The translations under genes and the position numbers were made by a program. Of a stretch of 64,000 nucleotides of DNA, positions 42,012-52,486 are shown piece by piece. This DNA is from an uncultured cyanobacterium. Lineage in GTDB: Bacteria; Cyanobacteriota; Cyanobacteriia; Cyanobacteriales; Nostocaceae. The notes under the pieces are model-generated. The model was not told the origin of the DNA and did not search any database. It worked only from the letters and a program-made list of their open reading frames with translations. The stretch covers positions 864,001-928,000 of the forward strand of contig CAVUDP010000004.1 in the NCBI GenBank assembly GCA_963740315.1. The letters run 5' to 3'. Positions within the stretch are counted from its first letter, which is position 1; every line of letters begins with the position of its first letter.

Positions 42012-45000
42012 TTAGATCAAACAATCGCTAAGTTTTTTAGCTAAAAGTTTCGCATTATCCGGTTTTAATAACATAGAGCGATGAGTACCGGGGATTTCAT
42101 GTAGTTCAACTCCATCAGCAGCCCATTCATCCCAACCAAAATTAGCGTCTTCAAGTCCATAAAACTCAAATACCGCAGAGAAAATAGTTATCTTACCCGG
42201 ATAAGATTTTACTTCGTATTCATTCATGAATTTCTCCAGAGTTGGCATCAACGGTTCAAATGATTCGCCAAGTCTGTACTCTATTCGCTCTTTCACAAAG
42301 CTAATTTTATCTTTCCAAGAAAGTCCAAAAATTATTTTTAGCTGTTGATAACGCTTGTACCAGAATATACCGTTATCTGCTTGGTTTTCTATTTCTGGAG
42401 TAGGAGTATCAAGCATTCCTAAAAAAGCGACTTGTTCGTTTTGTCCGTTTAATAGCCTTGCCAATCTGTAAGCAACTAAACCTTCGTAGGAATGACCGAT
42501 TAATTGATAAGGACCTGTTGGTTGAATCTCCTGTATTTGCTGTATGCAGCGCGATGCCATTACAGTAACTTTCTCTAATGGCTCCTGTATGATATACACT
42601 GGCTGCTCTGTATCTAAATGCCCTATCATCTGCTGGTATAAAAAACCATTATTTGCAATGATAAATAAAGGTGGTTTTGTACCGTTAGGATTAATTTTGA
42701 TTACGGTTTCGCAAACAGTTTCTTCGCGATCGATAACAATTGCCATTTCTTCAATTGTTGATGCTTCAAAAAAGATTCCTTGAGAAAGCTTTTTATCAAA
42801 TACTTTCTCGATTTCTGCCAGCATAGAAGTTGCCATCAACGAATTACCACCCAAAGAGAAGAAGTCGTCTTGAATCCCAATTGGTTGAATGCGGAAAGCT
42901 TGTTCCCAAAGTGTAACTAACTTCTGTTCTACATCGTTGCGAGCCGATAAATACTCTGCTTCTAAATTAAGATTTGTTTTGTCAGGTTTGGGAAGGGCGC
43001 GACGGTCTACTTTATCGTTTGGCGTTAAGGGTAGAGCGTCTAAAGTTACAAAGCCCGAAGGAACCATGTATTCGGGTAGCCTGTTTTTAAGAAAGTCTTT
43101 TAATTCTTTGCTTGCGGGTGGTTGAGCATTTTGGGGAACAATATAACCGACTAAACGTTTGTCTCCAGCTTCGTATTCTTGAGGAATAACAATAGCTTCT
43201 TTGACAGTAGAATGTTGGTTGAGAACGGTTTCTATTTCCCCTAACTCAATCCGAAAACCGCGAATCTTTACCTGGCGATCGATGCGACCAAGAAAATCAA
43301 TATTACCGTCGGGAAGGAAACGAGCTAAATCTCCAGATTTATACATCCGCATCCCCGGATTAAATGGATCGGGAATAAACTTTTCTGCGGTTAATTCCGG
43401 TCTGTTGAGATAACCGCGTGCTAAGGATACACCACCTATATGTAATTCTCCGGGAACTCCGATAGGAACTGGATTTAGACAAGAATCTAAAATGTAAATT
43501 TTGACGTTATCAAAAGGTCGCCCAATTGTCATTTCCGTAAGTCCAGTATCGTTTATGGACTCAGATAATTTACATTTGGTAACGACTACAGTTGCTTCGG
43601 TTGGTCCGTAAGTATTAATTAATTCTGGATATTGATTATCCTTAAAAGATGTTTGCCACGTTCTGACTTTTTCCGGAATTACCGCTTCTCCACCGATAAT
43701 TACTAATCTTAATGAGGGAGGTATTTCCCATTCTCCCATTGCTAAATCGGAAGCTAATTGATGCCAGTATGCGGTAGGTAAATCTAATACTGTTAATTCC
43801 CATTCATGACACTTCTGAAGCATCCCGGAACCCGAAGTTAAAAAGTCATCAGTTCGCAGGACTAAAGTAGCACCACAAGTAAGACAGGGAAACATTTCCT
43901 CTACCGCAACATCAAAACTAATTGATGCGAATTGTAGAATCCTATCCTGACTATTAATCGCATATTCCCTAGTAGCTGTCTGAGTAAAATTAACTAGAGA
44001 ATTATGTTCAATCATTACTCCTTTGGATTTACCAGTAGAGCCAGAAGTGTAAATTATATAAGCTAAATTATTAGACTTTACACCACTTAAAGGAGCTTCT
44101 TCACTTTGACGAGCAATTAGATTATCCCAGTCTCTATCCAAACAGATTTGCCGCGCCTTATTTTCTGGCAGTTGAGACAGTAGATTCTCCGTAGTCAATA
44201 AAACCGACACCCCAGAATCATCCAACATATGGGATAAACGCTCTTGAGGATAAGCTGGATCTAAAGGTATGTAAGCACCACCTGCTTTGAGTACCCCTAA
44301 AATTCCTACAACCATTTCTAAACAGCGGTTGATACAAATACCTACCAAGGCATCTGGTTTTACTCCTAAAGTTTGCAGATAATTCGCAAGTTGGTTTGCA
44401 CGATTATTTAACTCTCGGTAAGTAAGCTGTTGCTGTTGAAATATAACCGCTACAGCATCCGGGGTTTTGGCGACTTGTTCTTCAAAAAGTTGATGAATGC
44501 ATTTATCGGGGGGATAATCAAATGCTGTCTGATTCCATTCCACTAAAATTTGATGACGTTCGACTTGGCTTAAAATCGTCAGTTCGTTGATTTTACAACT
44601 AGGATTTTCAACAACAGCTTCAAGTAAATTCTCAAAATGAGCGATCGCCCGCTTTATCGTTTGCGGTTCAAAAAGTTCTTGATTGTATGCTACCGTTCCT
44701 TTTAATCCTTCAGATGATTCAACTACAAAGAAAGATAAATCTAATTGAAATTCATCAACGTCGATCGGCGATACTGTATTTTTGGAATCAGCATCTTGGA
44801 AGCTAAACATTACTTGAAAAATGCCTGCATCATTTTGATTATCTATAGTAGATAATTCTCGTACAAGTTGTTTCCAAGAGAAATCTTGATGCTTCAAGTC
44901 CTCAGTGACTACTCGATCGACCTGTTTTAATAATTCAGTAAATGAGGTATTAGCAGATATACAACTTCTGAAAGCTAATGTATTAAAATCGGAATTATTA

Positions 45001-45275
45001 GATTGGGGAATGTAGGAACCAACAATTATATCTTCTTGATGGGTATATCTATAAAGCAGACATTTGAAAGCCGTTAATAAAGTTGAAAATAACTTATTTT
45101 CAGAATTTTGATCGATGGCTCTTAACGATTTACAGAGGTTTTGAGGAAAAGCAAAAATTTCTATCCCAACATTATAATCTCGATCGGCCGTTCTTACCTT
45201 GTCTGTAGTTAGCTCTAAGACTGGTAGTCTATTGCTAAGTTTCTTTTGCCAGTATTCTAAATTTTTATTAAACAT
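42012..45275 (-). CDS. stand-alone NRPS-like protein: truncated C - A - T - TE (predicted basic amino acid)
   Basis: Half C domain, YTSGSTGKSKG, YGPTE, YKSGDL, FFSLGGNSL, GHSYEG, GTHRSML. Confidence 0.93.
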   Translation of the reverse strand: MFNKNLEYWQKKLSNRLPVLELTTDKVRTADRDYNVGIEIFAFPQNLCKSLRAIDQNSENKLFSTLLTAFKCLLYRYTHQEDIIVGSYIPQSNNSDFNTLAFRSCISANTSFTELLKQVDRVVTEDLKHQDFSWKQLVRELSTIDNQNDAGIFQVMFSFQDADSKNTVSPIDVDEFQLDLSFFVVESSEGLKGTVAYNQELFEPQTIKRAIAHFENLLEAVVENPSCKINELTILSQVERHQILVEWNQTAFDYPPDKCIHQLFEEQVAKTPDAVAVIFQQQQLTYRELNNRANQLANYLQTLGVKPDALVGICINRCLEMVVGILGVLKAGGAYIPLDPAYPQERLSHMLDDSGVSVLLTTENLLSQLPENKARQICLDRDWDNLIARQSEEAPLSGVKSNNLAYIIYTSGSTGKSKGVMIEHNSLVNFTQTATREYAINSQDRILQFASISFDVAVEEMFPCLTCGATLVLRTDDFLTSGSGMLQKCHEWELTVLDLPTAYWHQLASDLAMGEWEIPPSLRLVIIGGEAVIPEKVRTWQTSFKDNQYPELINTYGPTEATVVVTKCKLSESINDTGLTEMTIGRPFDNVKIYILDSCLNPVPIGVPGELHIGGVSLARGYLNRPELTAEKFIPDPFNPGMRMYKSGDLARFLPDGNIDFLGRIDRQVKIRGFRIELGEIETVLNQHSTVKEAIVIPQEYEAGDKRLVGYIVPQNAQPPASKELKDFLKNRLPEYMVPSGFVTLDALPLTPNDKVDRRALPKPDKTNLNLEAEYLSARNDVEQKLVTLWEQAFRIQPIGIQDDFFSLGGNSLMATSMLAEIEKVFDKKLSQGIFFEASTIEEMAIVIDREETVCETVIKINPNGTKPPLFIIANNGFLYQQMIGHLDTEQPVYIIQEPLEKVTVMASRCIQQIQEIQPTGPYQLIGHSYEGLVAYRLARLLNGQNEQVAFLGMLDTPTPEIENQADNGIFWYKRYQQLKIIFGLSWKDKISFVKERIEYRLGESFEPLMPTLEKFMNEYEVKSYPGKITIFSAVFEFYGLEDANFGWDEWAADGVELHEIPGTHRSMLLKPDNAKLLAKKLSDCLI

Positions 45276-45391
45276 AATATATGGAAGATGCGCTTGTTAT
45301 CTGTATATATCTTTTTTAACAGAATTATTATTATATCTCTTTAGGGAATATACTTACTTTAGTAATTAATAAAAAACCTAAAAAGTATTTT

Positions 45392-46678
45392 TCAATAATA
45401 ACTGTTTGAAATCGTATTCCATTCATTTATATATTTTGGCTTGTGATTTTCTGGTGACATTTGTACAGAAAAAGCAATTGCAACATAAAGAACCCAAAAG
45501 AGATCGTTTTGGATCATCAATGTACTTTCACCGATATTTGCAAGTAACATATAAGTCATATATGTAAGGGGCCAAAATCCTTCAGACGTTTTAGTTGCTC
45601 GCAACCAGTAAAGTGCTTTTGGTAAAGTTACAGCTAAAAAGCCAAAGATATATATTAATAACCCGACTAATCCTATTTGCAACCACACGTCTAAAAAGCC
45701 ATTATGAGAATTAGGAGGAGTCCAACCAGTTGCTTGCCAAATGTAGAATGAAGGAGTATCTGGTCCATACCAAAAAGCACCATATCCATAGCCTAAGATA
45801 GGATGTTGCCCAATCATTTCAAAGATATAGGGCCACATATCTCCACGCCCAGTAAGAGTAGTATCTTTACCGAGTGCAGTCAGGATAGCTTCTGTTGTTA
45901 CAGACACAACTACGTAAAAAATTGTACCGAAACTTGCGAGCGCGATCGTGCTAGGCACCATGAAATTATCTCGCCATCGAAAAACTCGAAAAGAAATAGA
46001 TGCGGCAATTACACATATCCCATTAAGTAACGAACTTGTTGAACTAGAACGTAGTAAAAGGATAAAAGCTAAACTAAAAGCCATCCAGAACAGCCAACTA
46101 TATTTTTTAGAATTAAAAGCCAGTAGTAAAAAGACAGCAATACCTGGAACAATAACTTTACCAAGCGTATTTTTATGGTTATAAATGCCTCGCCATGTTC
46201 CTTCATGAACTCCACCCATGATTCCATATTGCGGTAATGCGCCAATAAATACAAAACTAAGTACTACGGCAATTCCATACATCCAACCTAAAAGTTGTAA
46301 CTGTTGTTTGATGCTGTAGCGTGAAGCTAAATATAGTCCAAATAAACTAGTTCCAACTATGGCAATACCCCGAGTTAAAGTCTTTTTAGCATCGTAAGAC
46401 CAAACAAAAGAAAAGACGGCAATTCCTACCAATAGTAAAATAATTTTTTCTTTCTTCATTACCTGGATCACCTTTTTCCATCGAAGAACAAGTAGAAAAA
46501 AAGTCATCAAATAATTGAAGAAGAATAGTACTAAAATTAAAGAAGTATTTGTTTCTCCAGAATCATCACCTTCACTTGCTCCACCTGACAAAATTACAGT
46601 TAACGGACCTCCCGAATAAAGCAGTAAAGATAAAACTGCAAATGCTTCTTCGGTAAATAATAAAAGTTTTTTTATCAT
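45392..46678 (-). CDS. wzy: Wzy polymerase / O-antigen ligase family protein
   Basis: About 11 TM helices; WRGIYNHKN, TLTGR, PILGYGY, HNGFL. Confidence 0.88.
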   Translation of the reverse strand: MIKKLLLFTEEAFAVLSLLLYSGGPLTVILSGGASEGDDSGETNTSLILVLFFFNYLMTFFLLVLRWKKVIQVMKKEKIILLLVGIAVFSFVWSYDAKKTLTRGIAIVGTSLFGLYLASRYSIKQQLQLLGWMYGIAVVLSFVFIGALPQYGIMGGVHEGTWRGIYNHKNTLGKVIVPGIAVFLLLAFNSKKYSWLFWMAFSLAFILLLRSSSTSSLLNGICVIAASISFRVFRWRDNFMVPSTIALASFGTIFYVVVSVTTEAILTALGKDTTLTGRGDMWPYIFEMIGQHPILGYGYGAFWYGPDTPSFYIWQATGWTPPNSHNGFLDVWLQIGLVGLLIYIFGFLAVTLPKALYWLRATKTSEGFWPLTYMTYMLLANIGESTLMIQNDLFWVLYVAIAFSVQMSPENHKPKYINEWNTISNSYY

Positions 46679-47784
46679 TTTAGCTGATAAGGACTTTTGA
46701 GATAAATTGCTTTACGATAAATTTCAATTGTTTGAGCGGCAATATTTGACCAATTCAAATCATCTTCACAGCGATATAATGCCGCGCTTTGGATCTGATT
46801 TTGTAATTGACTATCGCTTAATAAACGAACGATCGCATCGGCTAAAGCGTCAACATCTTGAGGGGGAACTAATAGCCCATCAACTTCGGAATTAATCATT
46901 TCAGCTAAACCACCGATTTCAGAAGCAATAACTGGCGTACCCATTGCATAAGCTAAAGATGCAACACCGCTCTGAGATGCTTCTATGTAAGGTAAAATTA
47001 CTGCCGTACTGCGTTGAAAAAGACTTGCAACATCTTCTGATGGAATATAACGATTAATAATTTCATAATGCTTTTCATCGCAGCCATTAGGAAAATATTG
47101 TTGTAAATTGTCTCCCTTGCCAGCAATAATCAATTTAACTTCAGGAAAACGTTCGACGATCGATGGCATCGCGGATAGCAGGTAATTCAAACCTTTGTAA
47201 GCCCAAATACGTCCGTAAAACAGCAAAGTAAATGGCTCTCTGACTGTATTATTGTCCTTAGCCAACCGCTGATATAAACTACCTAGTTCTCCATGAGGAA
47301 GAACGCATACCCGTTGTTTGGGAACGCGGAAGTGTTCAACCAAAGCATCTTTGAGCAAGTTGGCGTGAACGATTAGCTGTTGCGATCGCCAGAATGCAAT
47401 CCGCCGAGTATACTCGGAACCGATGACGTTATCTTTGTCTCCAGGATGACGAAATACATCATGAATAGTTGTTACTAAAGGAGGCATTTTGTTGAGCAAC
47501 AATGTTAGATCGTACCAAGGATCGTTGGTTTCTTGGACGTGCAATACATCAGGCTCTATTTGACGAATCAGATTCATGAGTTCGCCCATTGCAGAGAAAT
47601 TACGCGGATCGCGAATGCGGTATTTATTAAATGTAATTACTTTAATCCGGGCATCGAGTAAACCTTGAGTTTGTGCGGTTAATTCTTGGGGATGAATTAA
47701 AGTTAAATCAACATATTCAGCTAAAGCGTTAGCTAATTGAACGGTGTATTCGTAAAAGCAAAAATGTAATAATGCGACTTTCAT
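46675..47784 (-). CDS. GT4 glycosyltransferase
   Basis: YGRIWAYKGL, LPYIEASQSGV, GGLAE. Confidence 0.92.
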   Translation of the reverse strand: MKVALLHFCFYEYTVQLANALAEYVDLTLIHPQELTAQTQGLLDARIKVITFNKYRIRDPRNFSAMGELMNLIRQIEPDVLHVQETNDPWYDLTLLLNKMPPLVTTIHDVFRHPGDKDNVIGSEYTRRIAFWRSQQLIVHANLLKDALVEHFRVPKQRVCVLPHGELGSLYQRLAKDNNTVREPFTLLFYGRIWAYKGLNYLLSAMPSIVERFPEVKLIIAGKGDNLQQYFPNGCDEKHYEIINRYIPSEDVASLFQRSTAVILPYIEASQSGVASLAYAMGTPVIASEIGGLAEMINSEVDGLLVPPQDVDALADAIVRLLSDSQLQNQIQSAALYRCEDDLNWSNIAAQTIEIYRKAIYLKSPYQLK

Positions 47785-47809
47785 TTTTTTTATTCCCTGA
47801 TGTAAAGTG

Positions 47810-48787
47810 CTATTTAGAGTCGGTTACAGATATTTGATTTAAATATAGAAATAATCGACGGCGGATGATTCTTGGTAGTTGTGTAGATAAATGATAAAAG
47901 AAATAGGGATTCTTTCTCATTTTGTTTAAAGCGCTTAAATAATCGGCTTGTTTAAGAGAATCTACAACTTGAAAATATGGTTTAGTTTTGTCAATCAAAA
48001 CTAGACGTTTCTGTAAAGCGGTTAGTAATTTTTGATTATGCTTAATGTAATCTTGCTGTAAATAAAATTTTGTTGCTTCGCAATATGCTTCAAGTCGTTT
48101 AACTTTACTAAGAGTAACTAACGAACCATGACGAGAACGATAAAAATAATAAGGTTTTGGTACTAATAAAAAGTTTGCTCCACGTGCCAAACAAGTTAAA
48201 TATAACCAAAAGTCTCCACCAATCAAAATATTTTCTTGGTTTTGAATATTATGCTTAACTATAAAATCTCTTTTAATTAATGGTTTAGTTAAACCTAAAG
48301 GTAAACCCCAGGTTCCGGGTACATCTTTTTCAACAAAAGATATTGGAGAAACTCTGATATTGTCTTTGATTTTGAATTTACTTTGAATTAATAATGTACT
48401 CCAGGGAACAGATTTTCCATCTTGAATAAAATATATATCATCAGCAATCATCTCTATATTTTCCAAATAGGCAATATTTAATAGTTTCTCTAACCGATCG
48501 AGTGCATACCAGTCATCTGCATCAAGTCGAGTTATCCAATTTCCTCGAGCTGACTTTATTGCTAAATTAGTACAAAAATTTTGCCCGCAATTTTTTTTAT
48601 TAACTAATACTTTAACGCGCTTGTCATCAAAGCTTTTGATAATTTCTAAGGTTTTATCCGTAGAACCATCATCTACTACAATAACTTCAATATTTTTTTG
48701 AGTTTGTTTTAATGCAGAATCTATTGCCTGTGCAACATATTCTTCAACATTGTAAGCAAGAACGATTACAGATACTTCTGGATTCAT
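47810..48787 (-). CDS. GT2 glycosyltransferase
   Basis: VSVI..AYN, VVDDGSTD, LDADD. Confidence 0.93.
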   Translation of the reverse strand: MNPEVSVIVLAYNVEEYVAQAIDSALKQTQKNIEVIVVDDGSTDKTLEIIKSFDDKRVKVLVNKKNCGQNFCTNLAIKSARGNWITRLDADDWYALDRLEKLLNIAYLENIEMIADDIYFIQDGKSVPWSTLLIQSKFKIKDNIRVSPISFVEKDVPGTWGLPLGLTKPLIKRDFIVKHNIQNQENILIGGDFWLYLTCLARGANFLLVPKPYYFYRSRHGSLVTLSKVKRLEAYCEATKFYLQQDYIKHNQKLLTALQKRLVLIDKTKPYFQVVDSLKQADYLSALNKMRKNPYFFYHLSTQLPRIIRRRLFLYLNQISVTDSK

Positions 48788-48829
48788 AATATTACCTTTT
48801 TTGTGGAATCCAAAACTTGAACGTTCATA

Positions 48830-50269
48830 TTATTTTCGTTTTAATAATAATTTTGCCCATTCATCATTGGAATTGTAAACTGTATAAATCCCTAAGCTAC
48901 CAACAAACAAGAAGTAGCTCAGAGTAGAAATCAGTAAAACCCAAATAATATTGAGATTAAAATTTTGTAATACTATAAAAACAGGTATCATTAACACACT
49001 TATTAAAAGCGGTCGGGAAATAGTAGACCATAATTTTAATGTAAATAATCGTTTGTAAACCGCATAAGCATAAATAAATAAAGCTACATAGTCGGTAAAA
49101 ATGACTGTAATTGCTGCACCATTTAACTGATAACGAGAAACAAGTACTATACTTATTAACACATCTAAAATAGTCGTAATAAAAACTTGCCAAAGATTAA
49201 CTTTTTCAAATCCGTTTGCTACTAATAGATAACTTAAAGGTCTAACAAATGATGAAGCAATCAAGCCAAGAGCAAATACATTAAGGGCAAACTCTGCTTG
49301 AGCAAAGCTTTGTTCGTGATAGAGTAAAATAAGTAAATCTTTACCAAAAAATGCAAGTCCGAGAATCAAAGGTAAAGCTACAATTAATAATATTTCTATA
49401 GTGATTTGCGTAATTTGACGCTGACTTTCTTTTCCCGATTCAATGGCTTTAGACATTTTAGGAAAGACAGCTAAAACAAGGCTATGAGAAATAATTTGAA
49501 AAGGCTGCATTAATTGTGTAACCGCACCATATAATCCGACAACTAATTCGCCACCTAATAAAGAGAGAATAAAAACCTGAAGTCTGTAACCTAAAACAGA
49601 TATACCTTCAATAACGATAAATGAGCCAGAAGCTTTAGTCGTATCCCACATAAACTTCCAGTCTAATTGCCATTGATATTTGATAAACTGCGCGATTAAA
49701 CACCATTCAATCAAAAAAATTAAGCTTTCCGAAGCTACCATAACTGCTGAAACAATACTGATGTCATGTTTCAGATTCATCACCCAAATCATTACTAATA
49801 CGCGCACAATATAAACTGGTACCGTACTAATCGCAATTAAGTGCATTTTCTCTTGTGCTTGAAAGATAGCTTCAGTCACGTTAGATAGAGAAAACGGGAT
49901 AATAGCTAAACCGATTACGTAACAAACTATTGAAGTATCTTGACTGTAGGGAAGAAGATATACGACAAGCGCCAGCACGGCATAAGCAATGATGCTAAAT
50001 AACAACTGTAAAAAAGTACCGCTAATTAAATAAGCTGGTGTTTCTATAGGGTTGCGTGCTAGTTCTCGTGTAAACAGCGTTTTGAATCCTTGGGAAGCTA
50101 AAGTCATAAAGACATAATAGTAACTGAAGGCGAGCATATATTGCCCCAGTTCATAAGCTCCAAGAATTCGAGCTATTGATGCAACTAAGATGAAAGTTGT
50201 AATACTCTGAGTTAAGCGATTTAATAGTAAAGAAAAAGAATTCCCTAAAAGCTTGCGTAAACCTTCCAT
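48830..50269 (-). CDS. wzx: Wzx flippase
   Basis: 12-14 TM helices; IARILG...LGQY, VGLYGA, GAAI; EPS cluster context. Confidence 0.9.
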   Translation of the reverse strand: MEGLRKLLGNSFSLLLNRLTQSITTFILVASIARILGAYELGQYMLAFSYYYVFMTLASQGFKTLFTRELARNPIETPAYLISGTFLQLLFSIIAYAVLALVVYLLPYSQDTSIVCYVIGLAIIPFSLSNVTEAIFQAQEKMHLIAISTVPVYIVRVLVMIWVMNLKHDISIVSAVMVASESLIFLIEWCLIAQFIKYQWQLDWKFMWDTTKASGSFIVIEGISVLGYRLQVFILSLLGGELVVGLYGAVTQLMQPFQIISHSLVLAVFPKMSKAIESGKESQRQITQITIEILLIVALPLILGLAFFGKDLLILLYHEQSFAQAEFALNVFALGLIASSFVRPLSYLLVANGFEKVNLWQVFITTILDVLISIVLVSRYQLNGAAITVIFTDYVALFIYAYAVYKRLFTLKLWSTISRPLLISVLMIPVFIVLQNFNLNIIWVLLISTLSYFLFVGSLGIYTVYNSNDEWAKLLLKRK

Positions 50270-50302
50270 TGATAAATTGCACCCTTAAAAAAATGTTTAA
50301 AA

Positions 50303-52486
50303 TTACTTTGAATTGATAACTTCTTGATGCGAATTATTTTTATTCGAGTAATCTTTCACGTAATTGAAATAGCTTTCGGATTCATTGTCTGGAATTACGC
50401 CATTGACTACCATACCTAGTACATTTTGCCCGGAACGTTCTAAAGCCTCTTTAGCCGTGCTAGCATCACCATTCGTAAGTATTCCCGGACGTGCTACCAG
50501 CAAAACACCATCTGCCATTTTGCCTAAAGCTAGAGCATCCGCTCTCATTACTAAAGATGGTGCATCAATAATTACAAAGTCATAAGTATTTTTAAAATCT
50601 ACAATCAAATTTTCCATTTTTCTAGAATCGAGCAGGAATAGAGGATTGGGAGTTATTGCTCCTGCACTCAAGATATCTAAACTAAGCATTCCTGCACTTA
50701 CAACTGTTTCAAATTCAACTTGCCCAACAATGATATCGCTCAATCCTGTACGGTTATTTACACCCCATAAATGGTGCTGCAAAGGATTTTGCATATCTGC
50801 ATCTACAAGCAATACTCTCTGTCCCAACTGTGCGATCGCAGCGGCTAAATTAGCTGAAACGGTTGATTTACCCTCTTTTGGAACAGAACTTGTAACTACA
50901 ATTACTCTGTGTGGTTTATCCGAACTAATAAACTTCAAGTTAGCTTGAAGCATTCGATATGCATCTGCAATTGGTAAATCGGGATTATCTCTTACAGGTA
51001 TCTCTGGTATCCCCATATCTGTCTCTTTAAGATTCAGATAAGATTTCTTTTTCAAAGAAGGTATGGTGCTAAGTAAGGTATATCCAAGTAGTTTTCTGAT
51101 TTCTTTGAGGGTTTTAACGGATCTATCTTTTAATTCAAGTAAAACAACCATTGCTGTTGCAACTAAAGTTCCTAAAGCACCTCCTAAAATCAAAAGCATG
51201 ATTTTAGTTGATTGCATGGACTTTTTAGTTACAAAAGCAGGCTCGATTATCCGAGCATTACCAATATTCTGATTTTCTGTAACTCTTACTTCTTGTAGCT
51301 TTTTTAAAAGATTTTCATTAGTTGTGCGAGCTGTTTCTAGTTGTCGCTCGTATTTTTTCTCTTCTTGCTCTAACTTAGGTAAAATGTTAATTCTTTTTTG
51401 ATGAATTTCTAATGCTTTTAATAAAGAACTTAAGCGATTTTTTAAAGTCACAGCTTCTACTTCGGATCTTACCAATTCCTCTGTGAGCTTTTGCGTTACT
51501 TCACCTATTTGTAAATTTCCAACTGTTAAATTTAGATTATTCTTAGTTAATTTGGCAACTCTGTTGTTTAATAAGCTTTGGAGAGCGTCTCTTTGAGAGA
51601 TTAAATCTTGTACTGTTGGATGTGTATTAAAAAAACGAGTTTGAGCTAATGCTAAATCTGCTTCTACTTTTTGCAAATTATCTAAAACCTGCTGCACTCC
51701 AGTAGAACTTTTTAAAGAATCAGTATCGATCGCATCTTCAAAATTCATTCCGACTTTTTCCTGAAGGCTTTGAGCGCGAGCTGTTACTTCCGCCAAGGCT
51801 ATTTTTGTTTCAGTTATTTTAGTCTCTAAATCTTTCTGAATTACTACAGCGTTTCTAGATTCTTCTTCTAAGGAAATCACGCTATTTTGCTGTTGAAAGC
51901 GACGTAAAGTTTCTTCTACTTTACGAACGTGAGCTTCCGTTTCAGGTAACTGCTTGGCAATAAAATCACCAGCGGCAACTGCTGCGGCTCTATTCGTTTG
52001 TATATTATTTTCGATATACAGGTTCATTAACTTATTAACAACTGTACCTGCTACTTGAGGATTCTTACTTGTATAGGAAACCTGTAAAACATCGGTTGCA
52101 GGAATTGCTCTCAGCTGAATAAGTTTTGCTAGATCCTTTGGCGAGAGCGGTACACCATCATCATCTTTGAGATTTAATTCCTTAATTGTTTTAATTAATA
52201 TAGGTTTGGAACTAATTACTTCTATCTCAGTATTTATAGGGCTACTTTTTAAATCTAAGCCTTCTAATTGTCCAATTTCTCCTCCTAATCCAGTTATCGC
52301 AGAAGTTTGGTTTATTTTTTTGATCAAAAGCTTACCTTCAGCTTCAAAAACTGGTTTTTTAAAAGAGCCTAGTACTGCTGCGGCTCCAACTGAAATGGTA
52401 AATATTAATGTAGCGGGTAGCCAACGCCGCTTGATTATGTACCAAAACTTTTGTAAATCTAAATCGACAGATTCTCTAGATTCCAT
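50303..52486 (-). CDS. wzc: Wzc/GumC polysaccharide co-polymerase tyrosine kinase
   Basis: RRW + TM, coiled coil, TM, PKEGKST Walker A, DAD, IIDAP, C-terminal Tyr residues. Confidence 0.93.
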   Translation of the reverse strand: MESRESVDLDLQKFWYIIKRRWLPATLIFTISVGAAAVLGSFKKPVFEAEGKLLIKKINQTSAITGLGGEIGQLEGLDLKSSPINTEIEVISSKPILIKTIKELNLKDDDGVPLSPKDLAKLIQLRAIPATDVLQVSYTSKNPQVAGTVVNKLMNLYIENNIQTNRAAAVAAGDFIAKQLPETEAHVRKVEETLRRFQQQNSVISLEEESRNAVVIQKDLETKITETKIALAEVTARAQSLQEKVGMNFEDAIDTDSLKSSTGVQQVLDNLQKVEADLALAQTRFFNTHPTVQDLISQRDALQSLLNNRVAKLTKNNLNLTVGNLQIGEVTQKLTEELVRSEVEAVTLKNRLSSLLKALEIHQKRINILPKLEQEEKKYERQLETARTTNENLLKKLQEVRVTENQNIGNARIIEPAFVTKKSMQSTKIMLLILGGALGTLVATAMVVLLELKDRSVKTLKEIRKLLGYTLLSTIPSLKKKSYLNLKETDMGIPEIPVRDNPDLPIADAYRMLQANLKFISSDKPHRVIVVTSSVPKEGKSTVSANLAAAIAQLGQRVLLVDADMQNPLQHHLWGVNNRTGLSDIIVGQVEFETVVSAGMLSLDILSAGAITPNPLFLLDSRKMENLIVDFKNTYDFVIIDAPSLVMRADALALGKMADGVLLVARPGILTNGDASTAKEALERSGQNVLGMVVNGVIPDNESESYFNYVKDYSNKNNSHQEVINSK

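Noticed and set aside
38567..45275. Conventional two-module NRPS making a dipeptide
   Set aside because: Neither gene has a complete condensation domain and each ends in its own TE; not fully excluded if the TE forms the amide bond
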